64,000 bases of DNA from Macrostomum lignano (taxonomy: Eukaryota): positions 496,001 to 560,000 of the forward strand of contig NIVC01000087.1 in the NCBI GenBank assembly GCA_002269645.1, given 5' to 3'. A model generated the notes under the pieces. The model was not told the origin of the DNA. It did no database searches and worked only from the letters and a program-made list of their open reading frames with translations. The position numbers were made by a program, and so were the translations under genes. Positions 46,433 to 58,061 of the stretch are shown here, piece after piece. The first letter of the stretch is position 1. Each line of letters starts with the position of its first letter.

Positions 46433-49400
46433 TTAACGCTTCCGACGACTACTTCTTAATATTGGACGCTTAGACTGAAAAGTTGATTGCTGCAGATTGA
46501 ACACGTTGCCGCCAGGCGGTTGCTGCTGCCCGTTAAATGTGAAACTAGATGAAGCTGCCTGTTGCTGCTGAGACTGGCCAGTGAATGCGAAAGCTGGAGT
46601 AGATTGTTGCAGCGGTTGCTGCTGTTGCTGTTGGCCTGTGAAAGCAAAGCTGGGAGTTGGTTGTTGCTGAGGCTTCTGCTGTAGGAGGCCTACAAAAGGC
46701 AAAGCTGGACCGGGCTGCTGCTGTTGTTGCGTCTGAGTTGTAAAAGAGAAACCTGTTGCTGCTGCCTGCTGCTGAGGCGGTTGCTGTGCACCCGAAAAAT
46801 TGAAGGACAATCCGCTACTAACACTGACTCCACTGGCGCCACCAAAAGCTCCTAGTGAGGCAAGAGAACCGGGAGCTGATGGCACCTTGCTAGCGGCGCT
46901 AAGTAGCTGCTGCTGCTGTTCTTGTTGCTGTCCAAAAGAAAAGATAGAGAGCGGCTGCTGAGCCTGCGAAGGCTGAGCAGAATTGTTGTTAAACAGAGAG
47001 CTTGCCGTAGTCACGGGCTGATTAGGTTGAACAGCTGGAGCTGTGCCCTGGGGTAGGAATGAAAAGGTTGGCTGCTGCTGCTGTGCCGCTGTAGTGGTAG
47101 CTGTAGCTGCACTTGCTGGTTGCGTCATACTTGGAGTTTTCACCCCACTAAAAAGACCGCCACCGGTACCGCCTGTAGAACTACTAGACGCAAACAGACT
47201 AGTCGTTAGAGACGGCATGGAGACTGTGCTAGCTATGGTAGCAGATAACGGAGCGGCATTTGGCTGCGCTGTTGAAGCTGAAGCAAGTGTAAACGGCTGA
47301 GCCTGTTGGGATGATGGCGCGCCGAATAGTACGGCTCCGGCCGGGGCACCGCTAGCGGAAGCCGGGGTCTGAGCGGAAGAGGCCTGACTGAACAGACTGC
47401 CAGCACTGGCAGCTCCTATCGAAGAAGTAGCGGTAGTAGCGCCACCGAAACCACTGAAAGCGAAATTGCCAGATGACGATTTGGTGAGTTGCGACGATGC
47501 CGAAGCGGCAGATACGGTAGTTGTGGTCGTTGCTGTTGGCATCAAGGTAGAGAAGCTGCTTTGTGTGCCGGAGCTGGTAGCTTTCGATAAGGTACTGCCA
47601 CCAAAGGTAAGGGATGTCTGCAACGGTGTGGTTGCTGGCGCCCGACTAGGCAGACTGAACAGCGGTGGTGTCGCCGGGCTCGCCTGCGTGCTAACGGCAG
47701 CTGTAGAAGCGGCACTGTTGACTTTAAACTTAAAACTGGCGGCGCCGTCGGCTGTAAAGCTAGAGAATGATGGCGGCAATAGCGGGGCAGCGGTGGTTGG
47801 CGACTGAGTAACTGTTGCAGAAGAAAGTCCAGCGGTAGTGACAGTGGTGGATGTTACAGGTATGCTAGCAGCAGATTTGCTGCTTGTAAATGAAGGAAAA
47901 TTAGCAAGAACAGAGCCTATTGTTTTCGGCGGCTGGGACTCAATCTGTGCACTAGGTTTAGCAGAGGCTTTATCAGCAGATGAAACTGATTGACCAAAGC
48001 TAGGCAATGTAAAACTGGGTCCGCCAGTAAATGACTTTGCCTGGCTAAGAGGCGGCAAGCTGGTAGCAGCGACAGTGGGCACAGTGGTTGTTGCAGCAAC
48101 CGAGACAGGGGCAGTGGACGACACAGGCTTTGCCAGAGAAGGATTCAACGAAGCAGCCTGGCCTAGCAAGAATGAAGAAAGCGGCGCAGTTGAAGCAACA
48201 GTCGATAAAGAAGCTGTAGTAGTTGCAGCAGAAACTGACGGTTGCAAGCTAGTTGTTGGCTTAAAGCCACTGCTAGTTGCTTGTCCTAGGAGAAGAGACG
48301 GCATAGCTGCAGTTGTGACAGTGGCGGATGTTGTAGATTGACCGAAATTTAACGATGGCTGGGGAAGGGTTGACTTGAGTTGATTGCTGGTTGAAGACGC
48401 GGTGGAGGCAGCAGTTGCAGGAGGCGTCTGTATGAGAGATAGAAGCGACGTGCTAGATGTGGTTGCGAGTCCCGTTGCTAACGACAAAGAAGGCGTTGTT
48501 ATCGGAGCAGTTGTTGCCTGCGGAGCCGAAACTGAGGCAACAGATATGGGGGCTACTGGCGCAGCCGGCTGGATGTTGGCTAGCAGACGCCGGATTCGAT
48601 CGCGTCGGGTCTCCCGACGCTGGCGCTCTCGTTCTCGAGCCTGCCGCTCAGCCACCAGCCTGGCCGTCGGACTGCTGCCAGACTCTGCAGAAGTTGCCGC
48701 GCCTGGCATCGTAGAATCGTCAAGCAGACGCCGGCAGTGCTGCTGCCTGGCGGCTCTCTCTATACTAGCGACCAGGGCTGACACAGTCATTCGCGGCCGT
48801 TGCGGCGATTGTCGCGGCGGAGTTGACGAACGAGACGTCGACTGTGGCTGAGCTGACGGCGGCCTACCCGAATGCCCTGCGGGCTGCAACAAAGGGGACT
48901 GCAAAGGCGACGCTTCTACTGGACGGCTGCTCAGACCATCGGCAGAGATACTGAGCAGCAAGTCAGCTTGAGCTGCTGGCACGGCAGCGTCTGCCTGGTA
49001 ATGCAGCGATGGCGACATGGAGATATCAGTTTGGCAGGACTCAGATTTATTGCTGACCCCGGCGCCTGCATCAGAGTTCTGCGTGGGCGACAGCAGCACA
49101 GAACTGGTAGATGGGGGTATGGATACAAAGCAGGGGGACTCGTTTAGCCTGTGCGGCTGGTGACGCGGAGTCGGTAAGCCAATCTTAACAGAGTCGGGCA
49201 AAACCTCGCCCAGTGATGTCGCTTTAAACACGTCGTCGGTGCTAAGCTTCTGTCGTTTCTGCTGCAGATGACCATTTTTCTCAAGGTGATCGGGACGTGC
49301 CACCTCTGAGGCACTGTTATTGCAATCAAGATCAGCATCAGCGTCATCGCTGACTATCTGCTCGGCAGCGGCGGCGGTGGTGGCCGTGCAGGAGGACGAC

Positions 49401-49855
49401 GCAGACGAGGAATTGATTTGCGAAGCGGACCGTTTCCGCGCCTCCATGATGCGTAGACCGCGAAGGACACTTTCCCGTTGGTCCGAGTCGCCCAGAATGA
49501 AGCCGCCGTTAATAGCGGACGCGCCGGCGCTGGGCTGCCAGAACGGACGTGTCCGACGTCCGTGAACATCGGCGGACGCAGCGATCGGAGCGGCTCGAAC
49601 AGTCAGCACAGAGGATGCCAAAGGTGGCGGCAGTGGCGTAGACCCCTGCTGGTGCAGCTGGTCGACATGATTGCCGCTGTTGAATACTGACACGGGACTA
49701 GTAGTAACTGGCGTCGGTGGCAAAAGCAATCGGACGTTGTTGCTGTCTTCTATCAAAGAAGAAAAGATGGGCGTTACAGACGCGCCAGATGATGAAGATG
49801 CGGCCAAGGCTGACCGCTTTGAGAAGCTGTAATAGCCTGTGGCGCGGCGCCGCAT
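46433..49855 (-). CDS. FG-nucleoporin-like protein (Nup153/Nup1/POM121 type), single 1140-aa ORF
   Basis: Basic NLS-like clusters (RKRSAS, KRQKL), a long S/T/A/P low-complexity region, FG/FxFG-like repeats (LNFGQ, FAFSGFG, FSFGQ, FAFTG) and a basic C-terminal tail RPILRSSRRKR like Nup153 RKIKTAVRRRK. No zinc fingers or transmembrane helix seen. Confidence 0.68.
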   Translation of the reverse strand: MRRRATGYYSFSKRSALAASSSSGASVTPIFSSLIEDSNNVRLLLPPTPVTTSPVSVFNSGNHVDQLHQQGSTPLPPPLASSVLTVRAAPIAASADVHGRRTRPFWQPSAGASAINGGFILGDSDQRESVLRGLRIMEARKRSASQINSSSASSSCTATTAAAAEQIVSDDADADLDCNNSASEVARPDHLEKNGHLQQKRQKLSTDDVFKATSLGEVLPDSVKIGLPTPRHQPHRLNESPCFVSIPPSTSSVLLSPTQNSDAGAGVSNKSESCQTDISMSPSLHYQADAAVPAAQADLLLSISADGLSSRPVEASPLQSPLLQPAGHSGRPPSAQPQSTSRSSTPPRQSPQRPRMTVSALVASIERAARQQHCRRLLDDSTMPGAATSAESGSSPTARLVAERQARERERQRRETRRDRIRRLLANIQPAAPVAPISVASVSAPQATTAPITTPSLSLATGLATTSSTSLLSLIQTPPATAASTASSTSNQLKSTLPQPSLNFGQSTTSATVTTAAMPSLLLGQATSSGFKPTTSLQPSVSAATTTASLSTVASTAPLSSFLLGQAASLNPSLAKPVSSTAPVSVAATTTVPTVAATSLPPLSQAKSFTGGPSFTLPSFGQSVSSADKASAKPSAQIESQPPKTIGSVLANFPSFTSSKSAASIPVTSTTVTTAGLSSATVTQSPTTAAPLLPPSFSSFTADGAASFKFKVNSAASTAAVSTQASPATPPLFSLPSRAPATTPLQTSLTFGGSTLSKATSSGTQSSFSTLMPTATTTTTVSAASASSQLTKSSSGNFAFSGFGGATTATSSIGAASAGSLFSQASSAQTPASASGAPAGAVLFGAPSSQQAQPFTLASASTAQPNAAPLSATIASTVSMPSLTTSLFASSSSTGGTGGGLFSGVKTPSMTQPASAATATTTAAQQQQPTFSFLPQGTAPAVQPNQPVTTASSLFNNNSAQPSQAQQPLSIFSFGQQQEQQQQLLSAASKVPSAPGSLASLGAFGGASGVSVSSGLSFNFSGAQQPPQQQAAATGFSFTTQTQQQQQPGPALPFVGLLQQKPQQQPTPSFAFTGQQQQQQPLQQSTPAFAFTGQSQQQQAASSSFTFNGQQQPPGGNVFNLQQSTFQSKRPILRSSRRKR

Positions 49856-50208
49856 CTGAAATGATTAGCGAATCAAATGCACTAGCCATTGTGGAATCAG
49901 TCAGAACTGATTGTCTTCTAATCGAGGAAAAAGCGAATATCCACTGATCTGAAAACTGATCTTTTAAAAACTTCGAATACACACGGGAGAAGCCGTCTAC
50001 TTTGTTAAAAAGAATAATTAAGAAACGCAACAGTTTTCAATCCAGAGACACAAGTTGTCAGGCGGTGTCCGTTATTTGAAATTTATTTATTTACTCAACC
50101 ATTATACTCAGTCGATAATTTCTATCTAGCCAAGCCAAGCAACAGGCGAACAAAAACCAGCTCAGACAAGTTCGCGCAACACGCAGCTCAATGTTATAAT
50201 ATAACTTT

Positions 50209-51561
50209 TTAAGCCGGCGCCATCATCTCCGCCTGCGGCTTCTGCACCTTGTTCTCCGAGTAAGGGACGGCCGGCACAGACTGCTCCTTGGGATCGGCGA
50301 TGGTCACGTGATCCGGCAGCGGTTTCCTCGGGACGGCGCCGCCTGGCGGGGCCTCCCAGTTCTGCATGATCTTGACCTGGATGCCGAGCACTCCCTGGCG
50401 GAGCTGGACGTGCCGGACGGCCCGATCGATGAAGCGAACAGACGGCTCGCCGCTGTGGATCATGAAGCCCTCGGTGAATTTCATCGATTTGGCTCGCTGG
50501 CCGCGCAGCTTGCCGCTAACGATAACTTCGGCGCCCTTGGCGCCCGACTCAATAATGAAGCGCAGGACGCCGTAGCAGGCGCGGCGAACGGCCAGGCCGC
50601 CAAGCAGTTTGTAGCGCAGCGACTCGGCCTGCAGGGAGGGGGAAGAAATACTATACTACTAACATACCCTCTGTTTAATGTCCTATTACAAAGGAAACAC
50701 AGCTTCTGCTGATTTAGTTTAGTTTTATTAGAGGCTGCGTGCTCCCTGGCGCACTTTAAGCGATATTGTCACACAACCGGCGGCGAGAGGCATTAAGTAA
50801 GCAGACATACGCACAGGCACACACTCACACAGGAGTTAGGCATGTACTCTTCACTGTGCCTTTGCGGTTGGCCCTCAAGCGCGTTCATTTTACGAGCAGA
50901 GCCAAGCCGAGATTCCAATTTAGACCCAAATTATTGTGGCTGCACGTCACATTAGAGCACTGCACTAGACCACTAGGTTACGCCCCTGTGGCCTCTGATC
51001 GAAGCTTCGAAGTAAAAAGCTTTCAGTAGCGCAATAGAATGTTGCAGAGGCGGTTAAGTGAGACTCTATGGGAGTCTGGACCAGGCATTGTCTAAAAGAA
51101 ATTCTTCTCTAGTCTCTGAGAAAGTCGATAGGCAGCCAGAGAGGAGGCAAGCATTAAGCCGCTGCAGGCGCAACACGGATGCCTGCACGGTCACGCAGTG
51201 TGTATAACGGTCCTAACTTTCACTAATTGTCAATTTGTCAATAACTTGCCTGAGCCACGGCTGACAGTCCGCGGTTGGCCATCTTCTCGGCGTAGATCTC
51301 AATCTGGCCGTCCTCGAAGCCGAATCGTTTCTGCAGCACGGCGGTCAATTCGCGCACTTTTCGGCCCTTCTCGCCTAGCACGCTCTGGGTGCGGGTGGCC
51401 AGCACAATGACCTCGATCTTAGCCGGGGTGACGCGCAGTTCGATGCCTGAGTAGCCATCCTCGGCCAGTTCGCGCTTAAGAAATTCGTCTAGCTCGGCTC
51501 GAAACACGCCATTGGCAACGAATGCCCGTTTCTTGCTTGTTACAGCGTTTTTAGTTGTCAT
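50209..51561 (-). CDS. RPS3: 40S ribosomal protein S3 (uS3), 2 exons (51561-51250 and 50628-50209), 243 aa
   Basis: [16 protein letters not shown]...ELAEDGYSG...RFGF...YAEK...AQ|[51 protein letters not shown]...; the spliced length equals the usual 243 aa. Confidence 0.98.
50712..50986 (-). mobile_element. Degenerate tRNA-derived SINE, family 2, in the RPS3 intron
   Basis: Minus-strand head GGGGCGTAACCTAGTGGTCTAGTGC (tRNA-like A box) and 3' end GCGCCAGGGAGCACGCAGCCTCTAATAAAACTAAACTAAA shared with the fragments at 38044 and 41645. Confidence 0.6.
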
Positions 51562-51978
51562 GTGGCTGAAGTTTTTAAGAATAGAAATTAAGGATTTGAC
51601 CCGCTGTCTAAAATTTGCCACCAGCAAAACAATTTCATTTTATCGGCCGCAATATATTATTAATCAAAATAATCATTTTGACTAATTGGTCCAACTCTAA
51701 AACTAAGATGTAATTTACATACGGTTAGAAATCTATAAAGGCAATCCCTCCAAAACAAACTTTATTAAAGTTTGTTAGACTATAGACTACTATATAGACT
51801 ACTAAATCATAAGGAACTCCACTTAAAACTAATTGAAAATCATTTATGAAAATGTTCAACTGTAGTGAGCATTTGCTCAGATATTGAGCATTTCAATTAT
51901 AGTATCTACAATCCAACTTTATTAGCTATAGCTGGCTCAGCAAGTGAATAGAAGTGTAGTATCACACCCGCTAATAAA

Positions 51979-52962
51979 TTGTTCTATGGAAAAGAAAGTC
52001 CGAGGATGCGTTCGCCTCGGCCAGAGAAACGCGTCCAAGGACTTTCGGTCACAGAACAATTTTTTAGTGGGTATGATAAAATTTCATCTCCACTTGTAAG
52101 ACAAGCGGGTGTGGGGCAGAACCGTAGACTGACTGAATTTTCGTTGTGGAAGGACCCGCAATTCGTGGAGGCGAGACAGACATTGGATGCTGCTATGAAG
52201 GAGACCGTCCGCGAGGGAAACATACCTGGAGTGCAAGCCAGTGAGCCAATTTCAACTGAAGTGGAACACGATTTATGGCAACGCGGACAGTTGGGGACTG
52301 AGAATCCGAAACTTTTGAGCACTTTAATGTTTTACATCGGCAAGTGCTTCGCCCTACGAGGTGGAACTGAACTACACGACCTCGAGTACAATAAGGACAT
52401 TGTCTTGGAACCTGATCTGATTGGTGAGGCACTAGTTTTTAAGGAGAACAAAGCCAACAAGAGCAATAATCGTGGGCTGAAGGCCAAGAGAAGCTTGCAT
52501 CCACGAGAGCTGCGAGCATATCACACGCATGGCCATGTTAGGTGCCTCGTCTGCATCTATAATGCTCACGTTGCCAAGCGTCCAAGCGAGTGTCAGGTTT
52601 GCAACCTGTTTCTGTCGTGTCTTCGTGCCGAGAGTTCTATCAAGTCTGGGAAGTGGTACCAGAATGCACCGCTTGGTCGCCACACGCTTGATAACTTTGT
52701 CAAGGAGATCACGCAAGGAGCTAGTCTGCGCTTCACGAATCAGTCTTTGCAAAAGACCTGCGCCACAACACTGCATCGAGCCGGATTCGACCGAGGTGAC
52801 ATTGCTTGCGTCACTGCACTCCAGTTCAGCTGTGGAGCAGTACATTCGGTTCGACCATGGGGACCAGCTTCGTGTTGGGCAGGATGGAAGTGTGACCATC
52901 ACTTGGGAGTGAGTTGTAAAAGAACTATTATTGACCAAATAGTGACTGCTAACGAAATGTAA
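51979..52962 (+). pseudogene. Decayed Crypton-type tyrosine recombinase (DUF3504; ZMYM/QRICH1/KIAA1958-related)
   Basis: Contains LDAAMK, LWQRGQLG..NP..L....FYIGKCFALRGG.E, RCLV..Y and WY...PLGRHTLDNFVKEI. The TNHSLR motif reads TNQSLQ. The GH...Y block (H-SSSAVEQYIR) is shifted into another frame at about 52816. Confidence 0.8.
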
Positions 52963-52974
52963 TTTTGGCATGAA

Positions 52975-53535
52975 CTGTATCGCTATGAGAGCCGCTATGA
53001 GATTATTGCAAAGCTGCTATAAGACTATTGGAGAGCTGATATGAGAATACTGAAGAGCTGCTATGAGATTATTGAAGAGCTGCTATGAGATGCTGCTATG
53101 AGATTATCAAAGAGCTGCTATGAGATTAATGCAAAGCTGCTATAAGATTATTGCAAAGCTGGTATGAGATTATTGCCATGAGATTTTTGCTATGAGATTT
53201 TTGTGAAGCTGCTATGAGTATATTGCAAAGCTGCTATGAGATTATTGTTATGAGCTTATTGCAAAGCTGCTATGAGATTATTGTTATGAGCTTATTGAAA
53301 AGCTGCTTTAAGATTATTACTATGAGAATACTGAGGAGCTACTATGAGATTATCTAAGAGCTACTATGATATTATTTGAGAGCTACTATGGGGATTATTT
53401 GAGAGCTACTATGAGATTATTGAAGAGCTGCCATAAGATTATTGCAAAGCTTCTATGAGATTATTGCAAAGCTGCTATGAGATTATTGTTATAGGATTAT
53501 TGCTATGAGATTTTTGCAAAGCTGCTATAATATTA
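52975..53535. repeat. Degenerate ~22-bp tandem repeat (GCTGCTATGAGATTATTGCAAA) right after the Crypton ORF
   Basis: Repeated CTATGAGATTATT cores with variable spacing. Confidence 0.85.
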
Positions 53536-54167
53536 TTTTTTGTGGCTTACATGGGGCTTCTTATTTTTTATCTGACGCTTTTTAAAGTTTTTTTTAGCTT
53601 TCTCTGAACATTAAAATTTTTAACAAAAAACTTTTACATTGTAAAAATTTGAACCTACACTGCTGCATTTACAGTTCAGTCTGTTCACCTCAAGGCTAGC
53701 TTCCATTGTTTAGATAACATGAATTTTATAACTTATATATAAATTCAACACTTTCAAACTCCAAGCATAGTAGTTATGACATAATCAATTTCTCAGGCAG
53801 CCTGTATCAGTTTCAATTAAGGTCAACAATATGGTTACACAATCTAAATCTAGCTAGTCTTGAGCAATGCTTCTAAGCAGAGTTACAATTCAGCTGTGAC
53901 GCAATCTATTTTAGAATCAGCATTCAACCAGTCAGTTTTTTCTCTAGCATTTTTACAATGCTTTTCAAGACAAAAGAGCTGCTTGACCTTTACAAAAAGC
54001 ATGTTTTTCCAATATTTATTGCCTTTAGCATTGAGCAATTTCTTAGCCAAGATGCAGGTACCAAGATGTGAAAATTTCTGATCAAATGGTGCAAATTTGA
54101 AGAAAATTGGACAATGCATTTGCTTAAACGATGACAATACAGCTATTTTACATGGAGCCAATTGACA

Positions 54168-54850
54168 TCTCTACATATAAAAATCAAAACTCTGTGTGTA
54201 TGTCTGTGTGTGGACAATTTTGATTGCTATGGACTCCCAAACCACTCAACCAAATTACACCAAACTTTACACCCACCTTAAACTTACTACGGAGAATGTC
54301 TTAGGCTACCTTTAAATTTTTTAGACTCAAGTCTTCCTACCTAAAAGTACAAAAAACTGCTTAAAATGCACATTTTTTCACTAAATCCTTCATAGCGCCA
54401 CTCCACTTCTACTGATTCTCTTCAAATTTGACACAGACAATCTTCAACTATTTTGGCACAATCATGTAAAATTTGAGTCTCAAAGTTAATCCTGAGCGGT
54501 GCTGTGCACTTTTAAAGTTAGGCTGTTTTTTTCAGCATAGTAACCACCCCAACCTCCACCCGCCTGCCTCTCTTTCCTGATCCAAATTTGGGCCCAAATG
54601 TGTAAAAGGGTTTCAAAATTGACTAACTTTTAGCTGCCATAAGTTTGCTCCACATAAAGCGATTGACTTTAAACTTGACACAATTTTTTCATTGACTTAT
54701 TCTCTATCTAAATGTAAAGTTACAACTCTGTAACTCATTCAGAAAAGAAACTGTAAGCGTGTAAAGTTTGTCTGCTTTTTCTGTTGTTAGTGCCACTCAC
54801 TTACTCATTCCCCCAGAGCCAGACGAAGGGTCAGGCAATAGGACTGAATG
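54168..54850 (+). mobile_element. Possible non-autonomous Helitron/Helentron-like element
   Basis: The 5' part TCTCTACATATAAAAATC...TGTGTGTATGTCTGT...AACCACTCAACCAAATTACACCAAACTT resembles common metazoan Helitron-derived ends. A weak GC-rich hairpin-like segment lies near 54816-54838; no canonical CTAG 3' end. Confidence 0.35.
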
Positions 54851-55429
54851 TACATAGCAAATGTACAGTGTTTTGGAATAACTTTATTTATAGCCTTCTC
54901 TGCACCTCGAGAGTGGAAAGGCTACATTTAGCCATAACAGTTTAGTGAGAAATTCTAACCACTTCCTTCCCTTCTATATTGGCAAACTCTGCAGCAGTTC
55001 AACAGTGGATGGCAATTGGCAAAAATCAAAGGAATTTAGCATGGTTTGTAAAAGCGAAAGATTTATGAAAAGGCAATGCGATGCAATGCAGTACAACCCT
55101 ACTAAATTAGGCACACCATGGAAATTTTAGGTTTCTTTTAAAGGTACTGAGTAAATTTTAAATGGCCTCCTAAGAAATGCGTATTTCCTTGGTTGTTAGA
55201 CTGATGCAGACTGCAGTGGAGCTGAAGATACACAAATTCCTATCAGGCCTGCAAATTGGCAAGAAAGATGACGTGATCAAAGCATGAGAACTACCATGAG
55301 AGTAGTACATCCCACAAACTGGCTTTTGAAGCAGAGATGGGCAGACTTTTACCTCAAAGGCCAGATAAAGAATCCAGCTCATGGCAGAGGGGCAGATGAG
55401 AGTGGAAAGAAGAAGAAATAGATGATTCG

Positions 55430-55496
55430 AAGACAGGAGAGCCGACAAAGGGGATAAAAGATAAAAGAAAATAATAGGAGATAAGGGGGTAAGGAC

Positions 55497-55565
<69 letters not shown>

Positions 55566-55830
55566 AGGAGAAATAAGAGAGTAGAGGAGAGAGTTAAGAG
55601 AAGAGAGAAAAGAATAGAAAGGAGAAGGAAGAGAAGAGAAGAGATAAGAGGGGGAGAGAGGAGAGAGAAGAGGGGGGAGAGGAGAGGAGAGAGAAAAGAA
55701 GAGACAAGAGATGAGATAAGAGAGATGAAAGAGAAGAGAGATTAGGGAAGATACGAGAGAAGAGGGGAGAGAGGAGAGACAAAGGACAAGAGAGAAAAGA
55801 GGAAACAGAAGAGACGATAGAAATTTTAAA
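55430..55830. repeat. (AG)n microsatellite (55501-55560) within a purine-rich low-complexity tract
   Basis: Read directly. Confidence 0.93.
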
Positions 55831-56142
55831 GGATCCAAGGGACATAGGGAGAGTCAGGGAGAGGCCAGAGTTTGCCAATACATGTTTTAGAGTCAGACAG
55901 AGATTGCCTAACATTCTGCGGAGTACCCCAGCCAACAATATCAATGTTTGCCTCAAATCCTAATTTTTATACGAATGTGTCCATTTTATCTTTACCTCTA
56001 TCATACTAACTATTAACAAGTTTTTGTGTGTATGGCCTTAGATTTCAGAATATATGCAAAAGTAGTTCCAGGGATTGGAATTCCCCAGGTTCAAAATCTA
56101 TGGGTTTCACAGCTTGTATATATATATATAACTATATAACTA

Positions 56143-56179
<37 letters not shown>

Positions 56180-56406
56180 TTCATTTTTAGTATATCTGAC
56201 TGATAGATATATATATATACATATAGTTTTCTTTTTTTAGTATATTTAATTTTTGGCATACATTTTAGGGAAATTTTTGTTTTTGGCATGCATTAGCATA
56301 TATTTAGCTGAGATAGGATACTTGTTTCAGCAGCCTCATACTATTATACAATCCAGTCCCTGGTTATCTGCTAATAATAGAGGTCTATTATACAATTTGA
56401 AAAAAC

Positions 56407-57015
56407 AAGTATAACTTTGACCATCAACTTTTTGATCAACTATTCTGTCAACTATTCTGTCAAGTATTCTGTTAACATTTCTGTTAACTATTTTGTCAAC
56501 TTTTCCATGAAGTTTTCTGTTAAATTTTTCTGTGAACTCTTCTGTCAACATTTCCATTTACTATTCCATTAACTTTTCTGCCAAATATCTCTTCACTTTT
56601 CTGTTAACTATTTCATCAACATTTATACAAATCAAATTTTTTATGTAGTCTGAATAGAAAGTGATATAATTTTTTTGCACAAGTGCAGTTTCCTTTGCAA
56701 TTAATTTTATTGTTTTAAATTTGTTGACTATGTTTAAATATTTAAATATTTAAATATTTTAAATTTGTTTATTTATATATTATAAATAAAAAACACGTCC
56801 AAATTAATAGTTACTTCAGTCACTTCAGTGACGGCAACTTTCAAAGACCTAAATAAGCAAATAGTACTATTTAGAATAAATAATAGTTTATGGAATAGTT
56901 AATATAAAACTTGATGAGAAAGTTGAGAGAAAAGTTAATAAAAAGTTAACGGAATACTTGATAGAAAAGTTTATGGAAAAGTTGATAGAAAAGTTGATGG
57001 CCAAAGTTATACTTA
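56407..57015. mobile_element. Foldback/MITE-like element with ~12-bp subrepeats
   Basis: AAGTATAACTTTGACCATCAACTTT (56407) and AAAGTTGATGGCCAAAGTTATACTT (ends about 57015) are inverted. The arms contain TTCTGTCAAC / GTTGATAGAA repeats, and the centre has a TTTAAATA palindrome. Confidence 0.6.
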
Positions 57016-57667
57016 TTTGGAAAAAGGCCATTTATTGTCACAATATAAAAAGGTCATTTATTGTCACAACATTACCATATTTTTTAGAATTTTTTACATG
57101 CATTTGTAATTATTCAATTTTTGTTTAGGCATACACCTAGCATGATCTAGACTATAGCTTAGAACTGATATATAGCCTATGTGCAAAGAAATTACATAAC
57201 AAAAGAATGTTGCATAAGTGGCAATTGTTGCATATTAAAAATTGTTCCTGAATGCATGAAAAAATCAGCACTAGACATCAGCACTAGCAGCAAAAGAAAG
57301 AATTGTTTTGCAATTATAAATGCAGTTAAAATAAGTCCCAAAGTTGACAACTGAAAAATGAACTTAGAAGGATCTTCAACACATTGCCCAACAACACTCC
57401 CTATGATTGAAGCCAAAATCTCTATTTAGTACTTAGTAGGGCCTATTTGAAATGAATTCGGCAAAGAGGTTTTTGGTGAAGTCTACATAAGGTAAAGATT
57501 GTGTTGTATATATAATTCTATATAACAAATCTAAAAAATATATATTGACGTTAAGCAGCTGTGAGCTAATTGTTGCAACAAAAAATTAAAACTTATACAA
57601 TTATAATAATAGCCTGAAAAAAATAGACCCAAATTTTGACAGCTTACAATGGGCTGTATATTCTGAT

Positions 57668-58061
57668 CGAAGAGCTTGCGTGCACGGCCGCCGTTCACGT
57701 AAGCTCAGAATTGCGTGCACGGCAGAGCTATATCTTATAGGCTTATCCAGTAAGTCATATACTATTCGAATTAATATTCAAGTTAACAAAAAAACAATTA
57801 ATTAAGATTACATTTGCAGTCCATGGTGTACGGGGGATAAAACATTATAAAACAATATAGTAAAAATATTTTTTAATTAGGTTTGCCAATGCCAATGCGT
57901 GGATTTAAGGGCCCCAGTCCCGGCCAATTGCCGGCTGCCGTGCACGCAATTACAACACTAGGTGTACGGCTGCATACATGCAAATAAAGCACTAGGTAGA
58001 TAGCCGCCGTGCACGCAATTCTGAGCTTACGTGAACGGCTGCCGTGCACGCAAGCTCTTCG
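57668..58061. mobile_element. Mutator (MULE)-like MITE, 394 bp
   Basis: ~55-bp TIRs CGAAGAGCTTGCGTGCACGGC... / ...GCCGTGCACGCAAGCTCTTCG with a perfect 9-bp TSD TATTCTGAT (57659-57667 and 58062-58070). Confidence 0.85.

Noticed and set aside
50629-51249. Intronic box C/D snoRNA (vertebrate RPS3 hosts U15)
   Set aside because: No RTGATGA C box found on the sense strand; much of the intron is a SINE.
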